From NCBI GenBank assembly GCA_963796955.1, contig CAWCNJ010000008.1:32001-96000 (forward strand): DNA of 64,000 nt, written 5' to 3'. Below the pieces are notes generated by a model that saw only the letters and a list, made by a program, of their open reading frames with translations, was not told the origin of the DNA and did not search any database. Positions within the stretch are counted from its first letter, which is position 1. Each line of letters begins with the position of its first letter. The DNA is from Endomicrobiales bacterium (GTDB lineage: Bacteria; Elusimicrobiota; Endomicrobiia; Endomicrobiales; JALOBY01). Of this stretch, positions 61,012 to 64,000 are shown in pieces. A program made the position numbers and the translations under genes.

Positions 61012-63606
61012 ATGTCCAAAGACCTGTTCGACTTCGAAACAGAAAAGTTTACCGCCAGAAACCCCAAATCCTACATAGTTGTCCCATCCCTTCCCGAAAA
61101 ACTTAAGCCGGTCATGGAAATTGCGTATAACCTGTGGTGGGTCTGGAACAGCGATGCCCTGGAATTGTTCCGCCGCATGGACCGCGATGTCTGGGAAACC
61201 AGTTACCACAACCCCATTCAAATGCTTGGTTCCATAAGCCAGGAACGCCTGCAGCAGCTGGCTGAGGACGACAGCTTCCTTGCCCATCTTGACAGGATAC
61301 ACGGCAACCTGAGCCGGTACATGAAAATGCAGACCTGGTTCAATAAGGAATACCCTGAGTCTAAGGATAAAACATTCGCGTATTTTTCCACCGAATTCGG
61401 TCTGCATGAATCGCTGCCTATTTATTCAGGCGGCCTTGGCATTCTTTCCGGCGACCACCTTAAATCGGCCAGCGACATGGGCCTTCCTCTTGTCGGTATG
61501 GGGCTGTTGTACCGCTTCGGTTACTTTAAACAATACCTGAATGTCGACGGCTGGCAGCAGGAAGATTATATTGAGAACCATTTCAATTTATTGCCGTTAC
61601 AGCGTGTTACAGGCTCCGACGGTAAACAGTTGGTCATATCCATTGAATATCCTGAGAGCACGGTGTCGGCCCGTATCTGGAAAGTGCAGGTCGGCCGTAT
61701 CCCGTTATACTTGCTTGATACCGATATAGACCTTAACCGTACGGAAGACCGCGACATAACCGGCCAGTTGTACGGCGGCGATAAAGAAATGCGCATCAAA
61801 CAGGAAATAATGCTGGGTATCGGCGGAACACGCGCCCTGCAGGCGATGGGTATAGAGCCGACCGTCGTCCATATCAACGAAGGGCATTCAGCATTCCTGC
61901 TGCTTGAAAAGATCCGGGTTGAGATGGAAAGTAAGCATGTCTCGTTCGCGGAAGCGGTTGCGTTGGTGAAGCCTTCCTGCGTTTTTACGACCCACACTCC
62001 GGTGCCGGCAGGCAATGAAGTTTTCTCTCTCGATCTGATAGACAGATATTTTTCTAAATATTATAAATCGCTCGGACTGAAGAAAGAGGAATTTCTCGCT
62101 CTGGGCAGGATATCGCCGGAAAATGAAAAAGAACCGTTTTGTATGACGGTGATAGCCCTGAAACTTACCGGCCACGCGAACGGCGTAAGCGTTCTCCACG
62201 GCACCATCTCCCGCGATATGTGGAAAGATATATGGCCTGAGATCCCGCGTTCCGAGATACCTATTACTTCTATAACCAACGGCATTCATGCGAACACCTG
62301 GATATCCTACGAGCTGGCGGGGTTGTTTGACCGCTACCTGGGAAGCACGTGGAAAGATGAGCCTGAGGATCAATCCATCTGGCAGCGCATCGAGCAGATA
62401 CCCGATGCGGAGATTTGGCGCAGCCACGAACGCAGGCGTGAGCGGCTGGTTTCCTTTGCCCGTCAGCGGTTAAAAGAACAGCTGCTGCGACGCGGCGCTT
62501 CGCCCAACGAAGTGAAATTTGCCGACGAAGTTCTTGACCCGGAAGCCCTAACGATCGGATTCGCCAGGCGCTTTGCGTCCTATAAGCGCGGCACACTATT
62601 GTTCAAAGACTATAACCGTATCAAGGCTCTGCTCGGTCAGAAGAACCGTCCCGTTCAACTTATCATTGCCGGTAAATCTCACCCGAACGATAACCTGGGC
62701 AAGGAATTGATCAGACAGATAATCCATATTTGCAACGATCCTGATATGCGCCACAAAGTCGTTTTCCTGGAAGATTATGATATGAACGTGGCCCATTACC
62801 TTGTTCAGGGTTCAGATATCTGGCTTAATAACCCGCGCCGTCCTCTGGAGGCTTCCGGCACCAGCGGCATGAAGGCCGCGGTCAACGGAGTCATGAATTT
62901 CAGCGTGCTCGACGGCTGGTGGTGCGAAGGCTACAAGGGCGATACCGGCTGGGCGATAGGCGCCGGCGAGGAATATTCGGATCAGGGCTATCAGGATGAA
63001 GTGGAAAGTAAGGCGATCTACAACATTCTTGAGAGCGATATCGTACCGATGTTCTACCAGCGCGGACAGGATGGTTTGCCGAGAGAATGGATCAGCAAAA
63101 TGAAGCGTTCCATGATGACGATCTGCCCGATCTTCAATTCCAACCGCATGATCGAAGAATATACACGTCTGTTCTATATGCCCTCGCAGAACGACCACGC
63201 TACCATGGAAGCGAATAACGGACAGGCCGCGAAAACATTTGCCGCCTGGAAAAAGACGCTTGAAGATTCCTGGAAAAACGTGAAAGTCTCGGAAGTAAGC
63301 GATGATTACACGGGTGACCTGAAACTGGGTAACGGTTTCACCGTTAAAGCAAAGATCGCGCTCGGCAACATAAAGCCGGACGATGTCAATGTCGAAATAT
63401 ATTTCGGCAACCTTGATTCGAAGAACCGTCTGCAAAGCGCCAAAGCGAAAAAGATGTCGCTGGTAGAAACGGTATCGAACGGCGTCTATGTTTTTGAGGG
63501 AAAAGTAGAAGGCGACCGTATCGGCCATTGCGGCTACGTGGTACGCGTCCTCGCCCAGCGTGACGGCAAGTCACTGTTCATCCCCGGCCTGGTAGCTTGG
63601 CAGTAA
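61012..63606 (+). CDS. glgP: Alpha-glucan (glycogen/starch) phosphorylase
   Basis: AYNLWW, YSGGLGILSGDHLKSASD, HINEGH, FTTHTPVPAG, GFARRFASYKR, EASGTSGMKA. Confidence 0.94.
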   Translation: MSKDLFDFETEKFTARNPKSYIVVPSLPEKLKPVMEIAYNLWWVWNSDALELFRRMDRDVWETSYHNPIQMLGSISQERLQQLAEDDSFLAHLDRIHGNLSRYMKMQTWFNKEYPESKDKTFAYFSTEFGLHESLPIYSGGLGILSGDHLKSASDMGLPLVGMGLLYRFGYFKQYLNVDGWQQEDYIENHFNLLPLQRVTGSDGKQLVISIEYPESTVSARIWKVQVGRIPLYLLDTDIDLNRTEDRDITGQLYGGDKEMRIKQEIMLGIGGTRALQAMGIEPTVVHINEGHSAFLLLEKIRVEMESKHVSFAEAVALVKPSCVFTTHTPVPAGNEVFSLDLIDRYFSKYYKSLGLKKEEFLALGRISPENEKEPFCMTVIALKLTGHANGVSVLHGTISRDMWKDIWPEIPRSEIPITSITNGIHANTWISYELAGLFDRYLGSTWKDEPEDQSIWQRIEQIPDAEIWRSHERRRERLVSFARQRLKEQLLRRGASPNEVKFADEVLDPEALTIGFARRFASYKRGTLLFKDYNRIKALLGQKNRPVQLIIAGKSHPNDNLGKELIRQIIHICNDPDMRHKVVFLEDYDMNVAHYLVQGSDIWLNNPRRPLEASGTSGMKAAVNGVMNFSVLDGWWCEGYKGDTGWAIGAGEEYSDQGYQDEVESKAIYNILESDIVPMFYQRGQDGLPREWISKMKRSMMTICPIFNSNRMIEEYTRLFYMPSQNDHATMEANNGQAAKTFAAWKKTLEDSWKNVKVSEVSDDYTGDLKLGNGFTVKAKIALGNIKPDDVNVEIYFGNLDSKNRLQSAKAKKMSLVETVSNGVYVFEGKVEGDRIGHCGYVVRVLAQRDGKSLFIPGLVAWQ

Positions 63607-63610
63607 GAAA

Positions 63611-63639
63611 TTGACATTTCCGTTGTTTTTTCGTATATT
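63611..63639 (+). promoter_or_regulatory. Sigma70 promoter for tRNA-Cys/tRNA-Val
   Basis: TTGACA (63611-16), 17-nt spacer, TATATT (63634-39). Confidence 0.8.
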
Positions 63640-63650
63640 CTGTCTTCAAC

Positions 63651-63722
63651 GGCGTGGTACCCAAGTGGTAAGGGAGAGGTCTGCAAAACCTTTATGCGCG
63701 AGTTCAACTCTCGCCCACGCCT
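63651..63722 (+). tRNA. tRNA-Cys(GCA)
   Basis: GGCGTGG...CCACGCC-T, anticodon loop CTGCAAA; CCA not encoded. Confidence 0.93.
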
Positions 63723-63736
63723 ACCTTTTTAGTTGA

Positions 63737-63813
63737 GCCCGGTTAGCTCAGTTGGTTAGAGTACTTCCTTGACATGGAAGGGGTCACAGGTTCGAGTCCT
63801 GTATCGGGCACCA
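63737..63813 (+). tRNA. tRNA-Val(GAC)
   Basis: GCCCGGT...ATCGGGC-ACCA, anticodon arm CTTCC-TTGACAT-GGAAG. Confidence 0.95.
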
Positions 63814-63825
63814 AATATAAGCTGC

Positions 63826-63855
63826 AAATACCTTCCTGAGGGAAGGTATTTTTTT
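63826..63855 (+). terminator. Terminator after tRNA-Val
   Basis: AAATACCTTCC-TGAG-GGAAGGTATTT stem running into a T-tract. Confidence 0.8.
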
Positions 63856-63866
63856 AGGAGAATCAC

Positions 63867-64000
63867 ATGGCTGATGCGATAAAAGATGTTTCAATCCTAA
63901 GGCATTCCACGGCCCATATCCTTGCGGCGGCGGTCGTCGAACTTTTTCCTGAAACCAAGGTCGCAATAGGACCGTCAATAGAAGACGGTTTTTATTATGA
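63867..64000 (+). CDS. thrS: Threonyl-tRNA synthetase, 3' partial (not in the ORF track)
   Basis: AGGAG RBS; ATG 63867 reads [44 protein letters not shown], the ThrRS editing-domain motif. Confidence 0.9.
   Translation, partial: MADAIKDVSILRHSTAHILAAAVVELFPETKVAIGPSIEDGFYY

Noticed and set aside
62812..63528. 238-aa minus-strand ORF
   Set aside because: Antisense shadow of glgP.

Overview
Bacterial chromosomal window, almost entirely + strand and densely coding, from a diderm organism (LptFG, outer-membrane barrels). Gene content tentatively suggests an Elusimicrobiota-like lineage, but I cannot confirm that from sequence alone. (1) 1-2991: two paralogous secreted-type phage tail-collar/fibre proteins flank an FN3 protein with a T9SS-type/FlgD-like C-terminal domain. 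(2) 3040-40670: a large surface-polysaccharide region interrupted by recA. It holds a CDP-3,6-dideoxyhexose module (rfbF, rfbG-like, rfbH) clustered with a YerE-like ThDP enzyme and a DmpF/DmpG pair, predicted to make a C4-branched higher-carbon sugar. It also holds a GDP-fucose pathway, a flippase, many glycosyltransferases and two O-antigen ligase/polymerase-like proteins. (3) 40689-54905: metK, ahcY, then a lipoprotein / PorV-TraF-like barrel / CTD-bearing M6 protease operon, lptGF on the minus strand, and a divergently transcribed 1820-aa SprA-like translocon. Together these look like a type IX-like secretion system. (4) 54908-64000: comF, a frameshifted gap, a REC-GGDEF gene, pgk, apgM, secG, four tRNAs, glycogen phosphorylase and the start of thrS. 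No CRISPR array, rRNA, integrase or transposase was seen.
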